Positions 52,400 to 61,618 of a stretch of 64,000 nt of DNA are shown here, in pieces (positions within the stretch are counted from its first letter, which is position 1; each line of letters starts with the position of its first letter). Location of the stretch: NCBI GenBank assembly GCA_963666975.2, contig CAXVYR010000004.1, forward strand, positions 640,001-704,000. The letters are read 5' to 3'. The translations under genes and the position numbers were made by a program. The notes beneath the pieces are model-generated. The model did no database searches. It had not been told where the DNA came from and was given only the letters and a program-made list of their open reading frames with translations. This DNA comes from Terriglobia bacterium. GTDB lineage: Bacteria > Acidobacteriota > Terriglobia > 2-12-FULL-54-10.

Positions 52400-52542
52400 A
52401 GTACTCCTTCCGCCACCGGTAGTATGTCTGGGTGTGGATCCGGCTTCTTTGCATGGGGCACCGTCTTCCCGTTTGCGATCTGCACTTCGATCTGCCGTAG
52501 GACCGTTACGATCTGTTCCGGTTTGCTCTTCTCGATCGACAT
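52400..52542 (-). pseudogene. IS3-family OrfA relic
   Basis: 'KPEQIVTVLRQIEVQIANGKT'; frameshifted and truncated. Confidence 0.65.
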
Positions 52543-52691
52543 GATCTGCTTTCCTCCTTCATGAGATTCTCTCTCACTTCAGGTGGTACAAAAAGAGCCG
52601 GTCAGATCACCTTCTTCTAACCTCCCACGTCAATATTGATGCGGATTCCAGCTTCAATATTGCTATCCGGAGGTTGACACCGAATGGGTAG

Positions 52692-52794
52692 CCACTCGGG
52701 ACCCACGGAGGGCGAAACTGCGCTGGAAGGGGCCAGTTTGGAGGCTGATGGCTGTATATTCGCGACCGCCGGAGCGCCAAAAAACTAATTCCGG
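52692..52794 (+). repeat. Dispersed non-coding element, 3' half copy
   Basis: cgctggaaggg...gctgtatattcgcgaccgccggagcgccaaaaaactaattccgg matches the minus strand of 50002-50100. Confidence 0.7.
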
Positions 52795-52969
52795 GAAAAA
52801 CCTGGAAGACGGATAGGACCAGGCAGTGTTCTGCGTCGATTACGATGAAACCAAGGAGGCTCTGCTTGCTTTGATTCCGGACACAGAAGACCGGGTTGTG
52901 ATTGTATTGCTGAAAGACTTCAATTAAACTACCCTTTCGTTTTGTTATTAAGTTGATTCAGGAGGAGAG

Positions 52970-53200
52970 ATGCCCGCTACAGGAGTCGATGCAGCTATCC
53001 GCGAGCTTCAGCGCGAACAGGAAAGAATCCATGGAGTAATATCGGCTCTCAAGAGCCTCTTCCCCGGAAGCGGCCCTGGAAAGCGCACAAAACGCGGCAA
53101 ACGTAAACGCACTGGAAGGAAACTCTCGCAGGCTGCACGCAGGCGGATCTCTATAGCCGCGAAAAAGCGGTGGGCAACTCGGCGTGCTGCCAAGAAGTGA
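52970..53200 (+). CDS. Small basic coiled-coil protein, putative DNA-binding
   Basis: N-terminal coiled coil, G/K/R linker, 'LSQAARRRISIAAKKRWA'; AGGAG RBS. Confidence 0.75.
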   Translation: MPATGVDAAIRELQREQERIHGVISALKSLFPGSGPGKRTKRGKRKRTGRKLSQAARRRISIAAKKRWATRRAAKK

Positions 53201-53541
53201 ACTTTCAGTTTCAGGCGCGTTTAAACCTCACCCACCGCTGGAACTGATCGTATCCCGCTGGATAGAATAGACTGCTGCTGGTTCCACCGGAAACTGGCTA
53301 CTTCTGGTCCTGACCCCTTTATCCAGCCCTGGCCGACGCCCCTCGTTTCTCTGAAAATCCAGTAATAACCGCGCCGCACGCCGCCGGCAAGAGCGCGATC
53401 TTCCTCACCGCCGTAGGTGTGCCAGTCGAGCGCCGACTCCATATGTTATAGAATCTCGTTGGGCTATACTTTTTGCTGTTTGGCGTTCAAAATGATTGGA
53501 CAACGCCGACGCCGTTATAGAAGGAACTTCCGGTTCATACA

Positions 53542-54567
53542 ATGAACTTCTGGCACAATTTAACCAAACCAATCCTAGCTCTTGCTCCGATGGCTGGTGT
53601 GACTGATCCGGCTTTTCGGCGCATCATCGCAAAGTATGGCAAGCCGGATGTCTTATGGACTGAGTTTGTTTCCGCGGACGGACTTTTCTTGGGTGGTTAT
53701 GACGCTCTCATCAAAGATCTTGAATTTACGCAGTCAGAGCGACCGATCGTGGCGCAATTTCTTACCTCTAATCCGGATATGATGCGCAAAGCAGCATCGC
53801 TTGCAAGAGAACTCGGATTTGATGGATTAGATATAAATATGGGTTGTCCGGACAAAAGTATTGAAAAGCGAGGTGCCGGAGCAAACTTAATAAAACATCC
53901 GGAACTTGCCCAAGAAATAATTCGCGCGGCAAAAGAGGGGGCTGGTAATCTGCCTGTATCCGTCAAAACTCGCATCGGATGGATGAATAATGAACTTGAA
54001 ACTCTGCTTCCGGCGCTTTTAGAAGCGGAGCCTGCTGTGATCACCATTCACGCACGAACGCGCAATGAAATGTCCCGTGTGCCCGCTCGATGGGAACACA
54101 TAAAATGTGCTGTAGAGATTCGAAATGAAAAGGGAAGCGATACTCTTATCTTTGGTAATGGGGATGTCGCTTCGGTTGCTGAAGCCTTACAAAAAGTAAA
54201 AGAGACTGGTTGTGATGGAGTGATGATCGGTCGCGCGATTTGTGGCAATCCATGGTTATTCGCTAAAGATTCCCCGAAGGTTCTTCCAAAGGAAAAGTTG
54301 GAGGTTTTGGTAGAACATACAAAACTGTTTCAGGAATTGCTGCCACATAAACGTTTTGAGCTAATGAAAAAACATTACAAAGCCTATGTAACAGGCTGGG
54401 ATGGAGCAATGGAACTTCGAATGAAACTAATGGATGCAAGAGACGCAACTGAGGTAGCATTCATACTACGTTCGCAAGACTATTTGCCCCGCCGCCCGGC
54501 ATATGATTCTAGCCGTTCTTTTACCGACCCAACCTCCATCGCTTTAACCCAACCGGTGCGCCCGTAG
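53542..54567 (+). CDS. tRNA-dihydrouridine synthase
   Basis: 'LAPMAGVTD', 'DINMGCP', 'SVKTRIG', 'TIHART', 'GNGD', 'DGVMIGR..GNPW'. Confidence 0.93.
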   Translation: MNFWHNLTKPILALAPMAGVTDPAFRRIIAKYGKPDVLWTEFVSADGLFLGGYDALIKDLEFTQSERPIVAQFLTSNPDMMRKAASLARELGFDGLDINMGCPDKSIEKRGAGANLIKHPELAQEIIRAAKEGAGNLPVSVKTRIGWMNNELETLLPALLEAEPAVITIHARTRNEMSRVPARWEHIKCAVEIRNEKGSDTLIFGNGDVASVAEALQKVKETGCDGVMIGRAICGNPWLFAKDSPKVLPKEKLEVLVEHTKLFQELLPHKRFELMKKHYKAYVTGWDGAMELRMKLMDARDATEVAFILRSQDYLPRRPAYDSSRSFTDPTSIALTQPVRP

Positions 54568-54668
54568 AGGAAATTCCTTCGGTCGAATGGAGACCATGCG
54601 CAGCAGCGGAGGAGCAGGCACGGTGTTATCCTGGTGGAGAATATGTCACAATAAGGCTGTAATTTCTC

Positions 54669-56351
54669 ATGTCCAATCCAAACATCCCGGAATCCCAATC
54701 CACGACAGAATTCACCGAGTCATTCGAGGACATGCTCTCCCAACACGAGCGGAGCCGTTCGCGCAAGCCTGATGGGGGCGGTCAAGGACTCGAAGGTACT
54801 GTGATCGCCGTTACCGGCGAATCGGTTTTCCTAGATATAGGCTTCAAGACCGAAGGCATCCTGCCGCTGGCGGCGTTCGCGGGCACTGGCGAATCAGTAA
54901 GACCCGGCGATAAGCTGCCGGTCACGATCAAGGGTCGCGATCCGGATGGCTACTACGTGCTTTCTCGCGGCCAGGTTGGGCAGCCAAAGGACTGGCCTTC
55001 GCTGGAGAAGGCCTTCGCCGATCAGGCGGCTATTGTAGGCACAGTGACCGGCGTGATCAAAGGCGGGCTGAGCGTGGATGTGGGTGTGCGTGCGTTCATG
55101 CCAGCCTCGCGCAGCGGAGCGCGCGACGCCGCCGAGATGGAGAAGTTGGTGGGGCAGGAGATGCGCTGCCGCATTATCAAGCTCGATGTGACGGATGAAG
55201 ACGTGGTGGTGGACCACCGTGTTCTTGCCCAAGACGAAGAGCGTGCCGTGAAGGAGCGCCGGTATTCGGAGATCAGGGAAGGCGAGACGGTGAGCGGCGT
55301 GGTCCGCAGCCTGACCGATTACGGCGCTTTCGTCGATATTGGCGGAGTGGACGCCTTGCTGCATGTCAGTGACATCGCCTGGGGCCGCGTCAACAAAGCG
55401 TCGGACGTACTCTCGCTCGAGCAGCAGATCGAAGCCAAAGTGCTCAAGGTCGAGCCCGCCAAGAGGCGCATTTCGCTGGGCATGAAGCAGCTTCAGCAGC
55501 ATCCCTGGGATTTGGTGGCCGAAAAGTACATAGTAGGCGAGCGCGTGCGAGGTGCCGTTACGCACGTAGCCGACTTCGGAGCGTTTGTGGAACTGGAGCC
55601 GGGGATTGAAGGGTTGATCCATATTTCGGAAATGTCGTGGTCCAAGAAAGTGAGGAATCCCAGCGACGTGGTGAAGCCGGGCGAGACGGTGGAAGCGGTG
55701 ATTCTGAGGCTGAACACGGCCGACCGCCGCATCTCCCTGGGCCTCAAGCAGGCGCTGGGCGATCCATGGGCCGAGGTGGCGCAGAAGTTTGCGGTGGGCT
55801 CAGTGATTGAAGGGCCGGTGACCAGCTTTACCAATTTCGGCGCCTTCGTGCAGCTTTCCGAAGGCGTCGAGGGCATGATTCACATTGGCGAGATCAGCGC
55901 CGACAAGCGCATCAACCATCCGCAGGACGTGCTGAAGGTCGGACAACCGGTCAAGGCCCAGGTGCTCGAAGTCGATACGGAAAGGCGGCAACTACGGCTG
56001 AGCATCAAGCGACTGGTTCCGAGCAGCCTCGATGAATACATAGCCGAACACAAGGAAGGCGACGTGGTCACGGGCCGGATGACCGAGGTTTCGAGCGGCC
56101 GCGCGCGCGTGGAATTGGGCGAAGGCGTCCAGGCCCTGTGCCGAATGGACTCGGAGGGCAAGGAGAAGGAAGAGACGCAGGCCGAAGAGAAATTGGATTT
56201 GTCATCGCTGACTTCCATGCTGAGTGCCCACTGGAAGGGCCGCGTTGTCGACGGGTCCAAATCGAAAGCCGTCAGCGTCGGCCAGATTCGCAGTTTTCGG
56301 ATTGCGAAGCTCGATCCGGCTGCGAAGAAGATTGAATTGGAGTTGGCGTAA
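54669..56351 (+). CDS. rpsA: 30S ribosomal protein S1-like protein (probable second copy)
   Basis: Tandem S1 domains: 'DIGFKTEG', 'YGAFVDIGG', 'FGAFVELEPGIEGLIHISE', 'RRISLGLKQ'. Confidence 0.88.
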   Translation: MSNPNIPESQSTTEFTESFEDMLSQHERSRSRKPDGGGQGLEGTVIAVTGESVFLDIGFKTEGILPLAAFAGTGESVRPGDKLPVTIKGRDPDGYYVLSRGQVGQPKDWPSLEKAFADQAAIVGTVTGVIKGGLSVDVGVRAFMPASRSGARDAAEMEKLVGQEMRCRIIKLDVTDEDVVVDHRVLAQDEERAVKERRYSEIREGETVSGVVRSLTDYGAFVDIGGVDALLHVSDIAWGRVNKASDVLSLEQQIEAKVLKVEPAKRRISLGMKQLQQHPWDLVAEKYIVGERVRGAVTHVADFGAFVELEPGIEGLIHISEMSWSKKVRNPSDVVKPGETVEAVILRLNTADRRISLGLKQALGDPWAEVAQKFAVGSVIEGPVTSFTNFGAFVQLSEGVEGMIHIGEISADKRINHPQDVLKVGQPVKAQVLEVDTERRQLRLSIKRLVPSSLDEYIAEHKEGDVVTGRMTEVSSGRARVELGEGVQALCRMDSEGKEKEETQAEEKLDLSSLTSMLSAHWKGRVVDGSKSKAVSVGQIRSFRIAKLDPAAKKIELELA

Positions 56352-56358
56352 TAGACCT

Positions 56359-56607
56359 GACGGCACTGTCAAGTGGTGCTTTCGCAATCTAGTGTTGTTA
56401 AGCAGCCTCTGAAATCGCCGAGTCTTCCCGATCGGTCGAATTCGCGTGGAAGATGAACACACAGACGGTCCTTACCAAGCGCAAATAATTGGGGATGGAC
56501 GTGAAGATGTCGCGGAATGTCAACCGCCTGCTGGTCAGGTCGGCCTGCATAGCCGGAGTCCTGACTTCACATCCGAATTTCAGCGGTATTGTCAAGTTAG
56601 GGGAAAT
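56359..56607. repeat. Two orphan IS6-like ends
   Basis: gacggcactgtcaagt (56359-56374) and cggtattgtcaagttaggggaaat (56584-56607) match the inverted repeats at 59751-59890. Confidence 0.5.
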
Positions 56608-56693
56608 TCCCGAGGTGCTAGGATTGCAGCCCACAGGGGCCCGAGTCGTTCCCGGCGGGAAAGCGGAAGCATGGTAGTTTCAAAAAACCTTCT

Positions 56694-59645
56694 ATGGAGA
56701 TGGGAATGGGAATAGCAAAGGAAGCCCGATGCGTGGGGCTAGCATTTTTGATGGGATGGCTCTTTGTGCATGGAGATGCTCTTTGGGGACAGCAGCAAGA
56801 AACTCAAAGCACAGGGGAAACAGCCACAAGCACCTCGACTGCCTCCAGTCGGATTGACGAAAGCCAGTTAGTCGGATTACCACTCCAAGGGCGCAGTTAT
56901 ACCCAACTGGCTACCCTGGAAGCGGGGGTGAGCGATACATCGGCTACTGCGGCGTCTCGTGGGATTGGCGGTGGAGGGTTGAACGTGGCAGGGGGACGGA
57001 ATACCTCCAACATCTTCTTGCTGGATGGGACCAATATCATGACTCTTGGTAATATCGTCCCGCGAAGCGCAGCCGGAGTGCAACTGGGTTCTGATGCCGT
57101 CTTGCAGGTCCAGGTGTTCAGTACCACCTATTCCGCTGAATATGGCCGGGGCAGCGGCGGGATTCTGAACACCATCACGCGTTCGGGAACGCCCGAGTTT
57201 CATGGGACCTTGTTTGAGTACTTTCGCAATAGCAAGCTCGATGCTCGTAACTTTTTCGACCCGGGTGAGCCTCCTCCCTTCAAACGCAACCAGTTCGGTT
57301 TCACCTTTACCGGCCCGATCCGGAAGGAAAGAACTTTTTTTATGGGTAGCTTTGAGGCGATGCGTGACCGGTTGACGGACACTGATGTCAGCTTCTTTCC
57401 CGATCGAGAGGCGCGGCAGGGAATCATCACGGATAGAGACGGAATCGTGACTCGAACCATCGAGAGGGTGAACCCCGACGTAATTCCCTATTTGAACCTA
57501 ATGCCTATTCCCAATGGGGATCGGGTGGGTGGAGGAGTCGGAGAGAATCGCGCCGCACGGTTTCTGCCGACGGATGAGAATTTTTTCACGGTTCGCCTGG
57601 ATCATGAAATTTCCCAGCGCGACAGCTTGTTCGCTCGCTACACTTTTAGCGATGCCACCAGCAACTCCCCTGCAGACTCCTTCCTCTTTAAGAGGTTCGC
57701 CGAAAGCCGCCAACAGTATCTGACCCTGGTGGCGTCCCATATTTTTAGTTCCCGGACACTGACTTCATTCCGTTTTGGGTATACTCGGCCGACGAGTAGA
57801 GCCGACACATTCTCGTCCATTGAGATTCCCGAATCACTGTTTTTTGTTCAGGGAGGGCCCAGGTTTGGGCGAATCGAGATTCCCAGCCTGACGACCTTGG
57901 GAACGTTTACTACCCTTCCCGAAGTCAACATCGTGAATACCTTCCAATTTGCGGATGACGTGGTGGCTCAAAGAGGGTCTCATGCGCTAAAATTTGGCGC
58001 ACAGCTCCATCGCTACCGTTGGTTTACTTTCTCCAGCCGGAACTTTGGGGGGTTATGGTCGTTTAACAGCCTAGAAAGCTTTTTGGATGGCGGTCCGGAA
58101 GGGGGGAGAGGAACCTCCGTGTCCGTGGCATTGCCTGGTTCCAGCAGTAAGGTTGATTTTCGCCAAACTCTGGCGGGCTTCTACATTCAGGATGAATATC
58201 GAGTCACTCCTCGCCTTCTGCTCAGTCTCGGCTTACGCTATGAATTTATTACTCGCGTCCGGGAAAAGGATGGCCGAAGCCAATTTCTTGTCGACCCGTT
58301 GCGCGATCCGGAGATACAGGTGGGGCACTACATAGCTTCTAATCCTTCTCCTCGATATCCTGTCCCCCGGGTTGGTCTTTCCTGGTCTCCCTGGGGACAT
58401 CGAGATACGGTCATTCGTGGCGGCTTTGGGCTTTTCAACGACCAAATTGTTGAATATTTGGTGGACCGGCCAAAGACTTCGGTGCCATGGTTTCTGCTGG
58501 CGGAGAAACCCAACCTCGGGTCTGAGGAATTCCTCCGCAGTTTCCCTAATATCCTAGAAGTTGCCACCGGAGCATCCGCCAGCGCTCGCGTGATGGATTA
58601 TGAACACATCACGACCCCACGGGTGATGCGGTACAACTTCGCGGTTCAGGATGAGCTTCCAGGAGGGTGGCGAGTGCAGGCATCTTATGTAGGGGCCAGG
58701 GGGATCCATTTGTTTCGGTCCTATGGAGTAAACAAGTTCCCGTTCCCGGAAGTGCGGGAGGATGGGTCTTTGTTCTTCCCGCCGGATCCAAATCTCACTC
58801 CCATCAATCCGGCGTTTCGAAACATTGAAGTTACCAGCAGCGATTCGCAGTCCTTTTACAACTCATTGCAACTTGCTGCCCGCAAAACTGTCGGCCAAGG
58901 GCTTTCTTTGCGGGCTAGCTATAGTTTCGGCAAGTCAGTGGATGATGCTTCCAGGCTGAGCCCGAATGCCCAGTATGGATTTGACCGGACTCTGGAACGG
59001 GGCTTGAGCAGTTCTAATATCCGTCACCGACTTGTGTTTAACTATTTCTACACTCTTCCGTTTGGAAGTGGGCAGCGGTGGTGGAACTCCGGCATTGCCT
59101 CGCGAATATTCCGAGGCTGGCGGCTGGGGGGCATTCTGCGATTTCGTACTGGGACTCCTTTTAACCCGCAAGTGAGCGTTCGGTATCCGGATTTCCTGTT
59201 CGAGCCGACGCGGCCCAACCTGAAGGCAGGCCAAGACCTGAGTAACATAACCGAGGGCGTGACGGCTGGCTGCGGCTTTGATCCGGAAACCGGCAGGTTT
59301 GTGGTAGAGCCAGGTCAGATGTTGGGAACTCGGGAGCTATATTTCGACCCCTGCGTATTTGAAGTACCTCCGCCCGGAACCATGGGTAATGTGGGGCGCA
59401 ATACGCTCACTGGCCCGAGCGTATTTAACATGGATCTTTCTATCTCGAGAGAATTTGCGGTGGATTCCAAGAGACGACTTCAATTTCGGGCAGAAATCTT
59501 TAATCTGCCGAACCATACCAATTTTGGTCGCCGCTCTTCCCTGGTTTTCCGTGGTACCGGACGCCGCAACTTGTCAGCAGGAAGAATTACGAGCACTTCG
59601 ACCACTTCGCGGCAGATTCAATTCGCCTTGAGACTTTCGTTTTAG
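56694..59645 (+). CDS. TonB-dependent receptor (Oar-like) without the N-terminal carboxypeptidase-regulatory domain
   Basis: 'LPLQGRSY', 'YSAEYGR', 'RNQFGF', C-terminal 'RQIQFALRLSF'. Confidence 0.92.
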   Translation: MEMGMGIAKEARCVGLAFLMGWLFVHGDALWGQQQETQSTGETATSTSTASSRIDESQLVGLPLQGRSYTQLATLEAGVSDTSATAASRGIGGGGLNVAGGRNTSNIFLLDGTNIMTLGNIVPRSAAGVQLGSDAVLQVQVFSTTYSAEYGRGSGGILNTITRSGTPEFHGTLFEYFRNSKLDARNFFDPGEPPPFKRNQFGFTFTGPIRKERTFFMGSFEAMRDRLTDTDVSFFPDREARQGIITDRDGIVTRTIERVNPDVIPYLNLMPIPNGDRVGGGVGENRAARFLPTDENFFTVRLDHEISQRDSLFARYTFSDATSNSPADSFLFKRFAESRQQYLTLVASHIFSSRTLTSFRFGYTRPTSRADTFSSIEIPESLFFVQGGPRFGRIEIPSLTTLGTFTTLPEVNIVNTFQFADDVVAQRGSHALKFGAQLHRYRWFTFSSRNFGGLWSFNSLESFLDGGPEGGRGTSVSVALPGSSSKVDFRQTLAGFYIQDEYRVTPRLLLSLGLRYEFITRVREKDGRSQFLVDPLRDPEIQVGHYIASNPSPRYPVPRVGLSWSPWGHRDTVIRGGFGLFNDQIVEYLVDRPKTSVPWFLLAEKPNLGSEEFLRSFPNILEVATGASASARVMDYEHITTPRVMRYNFAVQDELPGGWRVQASYVGARGIHLFRSYGVNKFPFPEVREDGSLFFPPDPNLTPINPAFRNIEVTSSDSQSFYNSLQLAARKTVGQGLSLRASYSFGKSVDDASRLSPNAQYGFDRTLERGLSSSNIRHRLVFNYFYTLPFGSGQRWWNSGIASRIFRGWRLGGILRFRTGTPFNPQVSVRYPDFLFEPTRPNLKAGQDLSNITEGVTAGCGFDPETGRFVVEPGQMLGTRELYFDPCVFEVPPPGTMGNVGRNTLTGPSVFNMDLSISREFAVDSKRRLQFRAEIFNLPNHTNFGRRSSLVFRGTGRRNLSAGRITSTSTTSRQIQFALRLSF

Positions 59646-59750
59646 AGTTACTGGCTGAGTTGTTCAAAAGGGTTTCCTTCGGTACAGGGAACCAAACACG
59701 AAAATAATGAGGGTTCAATGGGAGTCCAATTCCTATCGCGCCAAGCGAAG

Positions 59751-59890
59751 CGACGGTACTGTCAAGTTAACGGTTTGAGCTCCTTGTGAACGCTTCATGG
59801 CAGTCTCTAAGTTGTTGATTCTTCGTTCCTGAGCGGACCGATTTCGCCTCGACAACGGGGGAGATTTCCCTTAACTTGACAATACCGTCG
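59751..59890. mobile_element. MITE-like element, 140 bp, IS6-like ends
   Basis: 20-bp inverted repeat, 19/20 match: cgacggtactgtcaagttaa / ttaacttgacaataccgtcg. Confidence 0.7.
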
Positions 59891-60509
59891 AGGTAGTCAC
59901 ATCCAGCACAGCTTTCAAAGTACCGCGTACGCCGGGCGGAAAGTGATCTGCAAATTGCCACAATCGCTGATGATTGAGCGTGGAAAGATCGATCTCGTCC
60001 CACGGGATTTCTTTTCCTTTCAAGCGCCGGTAATAGATCCAATCGAGCAGCGCCTTCTCCGGATAGGCTAAGATGGTCTCAGCTCCACTTGTGGTTCTCA
60101 CCTGCTCGAAGCCGAAGAACCGTTGGTCAGAAAAATGGATGTAGGAGATCTCGCCGAGGAAAGTTTCCACTCGGCGTGGGCGCCCTATCGTCACGCAGGT
60201 CAGGGTGGGAGTAACCTGCTGAGTCAGTCCGTGATAACTGAGTGCCCAATCGAGAGACAAATAGGCAGGAGGAAATAAAATTACGGCCAACTGCTCTCCT
60301 TGGGGACTTTTCAGGAGATTGGCATAGAGCCTGGGACCAACACGGCGCAACAACCCTACCTGCTGGTTGCGCCAGCAGACCTGACGGACGGCAGAGTCCT
60401 TCAACCCCGTCAGTTTTGCTAGGGATGTCACGGTGAGGAAATCGCCTTCTGGGCTCGGCAGATCTCGCAAAATAGACAACCAATTTCTCGTGGTAACGTA
60501 ACGCTTCAT
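59871..60509 (-). CDS. Type IV toxin-antitoxin antitoxin, AbiEi family
   Basis: N-terminal wHTH-like region, 'PAYLSLDWALSYHGL..Q', 'AYPEKALLD'. Confidence 0.85.
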   Translation of the reverse strand: MKRYVTTRNWLSILRDLPSPEGDFLTVTSLAKLTGLKDSAVRQVCWRNQQVGLLRRVGPRLYANLLKSPQGEQLAVILFPPAYLSLDWALSYHGLTQQVTPTLTCVTIGRPRRVETFLGEISYIHFSDQRFFGFEQVRTTSGAETILAYPEKALLDWIYYRRLKGKEIPWDEIDLSTLNHQRLWQFADHFPPGVRGTLKAVLDVTTSTVLSS

Positions 60510-61282
60510 AGCTTTGTGAAAGGCTTGAGTAGGTTCCTCACCGACCGAACGAGGCTCGCATAGTTGTCCTTGCGAAGCTTGTTAAGCCAGGGCGTCGGCA
60601 GGAGAGGAGCAAGATCGGCTTCGAGCCTGCTCGGGCTGATGAGTTTGAGTCTCCTCTGGATTTCAAGGTCCTCGATTTCTTCCAAAGCAAGCCAGTGCTC
60701 AAACTCCCGCTTGTCCAGCTTGGCTTCGAGATTCAGCAGATACCACAGATCGAACACATCCCGGGCCTTGAGGAATTTTCTTTTTAATAACGTCTTGATT
60801 TTGAGGAAGAGAAGTTCGTCGAGGACGGGACAGACCACGACTTCGCTTGCCAGCGATTCGGATCGGAGAAGTTTTGTCTCCGTTCGGCCTACTGCGCCGG
60901 CGATGCGGCTGAATTCGAGCACGACCATCCGACGGCTTGCCAGCCGAATATCTATGGTTGCCGGTTCCAGGCTGCGCACCCGACAATCAATGGGTTGCCT
61001 AAGAAGAGCGGCTAAGGGCAGGAGCCTCCGCTCCAGGCTTCCCGAGATTTTGGCTAAATCCCCGGAGTGCAATATTCGCAGGGGAAAGAGATCAACATCC
61101 CGGGAGTACCGAGGGCTGTCATAGAGGAGATGCAAGACATTACCCCCAATAAAGATGGCCAGATCCGGAAATACGCGGAAGAATACGAGCAAAGATTCGC
61201 GGGCTAGCGTGGATCCCAATGCATGGTCCTCTGCAACGCCTTGCTCCCGGGCTTGCCGGCGAATTTGCTCCCATAGGTTCAT
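60506..61282 (-). CDS. Nucleotidyltransferase toxin, AbiEii/AbiGii family
   Basis: 'FIGGNVLHLLYDSPRYSRDVD', 'K...LL.R...RDVFDLW'; ATGA overlap with the antitoxin. Confidence 0.85.
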   Translation of the reverse strand: MNLWEQIRRQAREQGVAEDHALGSTLARESLLVFFRVFPDLAIFIGGNVLHLLYDSPRYSRDVDLFPLRILHSGDLAKISGSLERRLLPLAALLRQPIDCRVRSLEPATIDIRLASRRMVVLEFSRIAGAVGRTETKLLRSESLASEVVVCPVLDELLFLKIKTLLKRKFLKARDVFDLWYLLNLEAKLDKREFEHWLALEEIEDLEIQRRLKLISPSRLEADLAPLLPTPWLNKLRKDNYASLVRSVRNLLKPFTKL

Positions 61283-61618
61283 GGCAATATTATAACAATT
61301 ATGTAGATAAAATGAAATATACTTAGCGGGACCTCAACCAAGCATATTCCATAATTCTTTATTAAATTCTGGCGGCTATGACCTTGCCGCCCTCGGTGGC
61401 TGATGGGCCGCGGAGCTGCTGGGACGAGTTGAACGCCTACCACCGCTTTTAGCAGCCCCTCCAGCAAATCGCTCATGACCCAGAAAGCTTCGGTGTCCGA
61501 TCAGCTGGCGTTAGGGTTGGGGATTTAGCTACCGTCTTCCTGGAGGCACCCCTTTCATGACATGACATAAGCGAGAAACAGCATGAGAGTGTGGATACGG
61601 TGGCTTTGTTTCGCAAAA

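Noticed and set aside
53221-53442. 73-aa minus-strand ORF
   Set aside because: No family resemblance; insufficient support.
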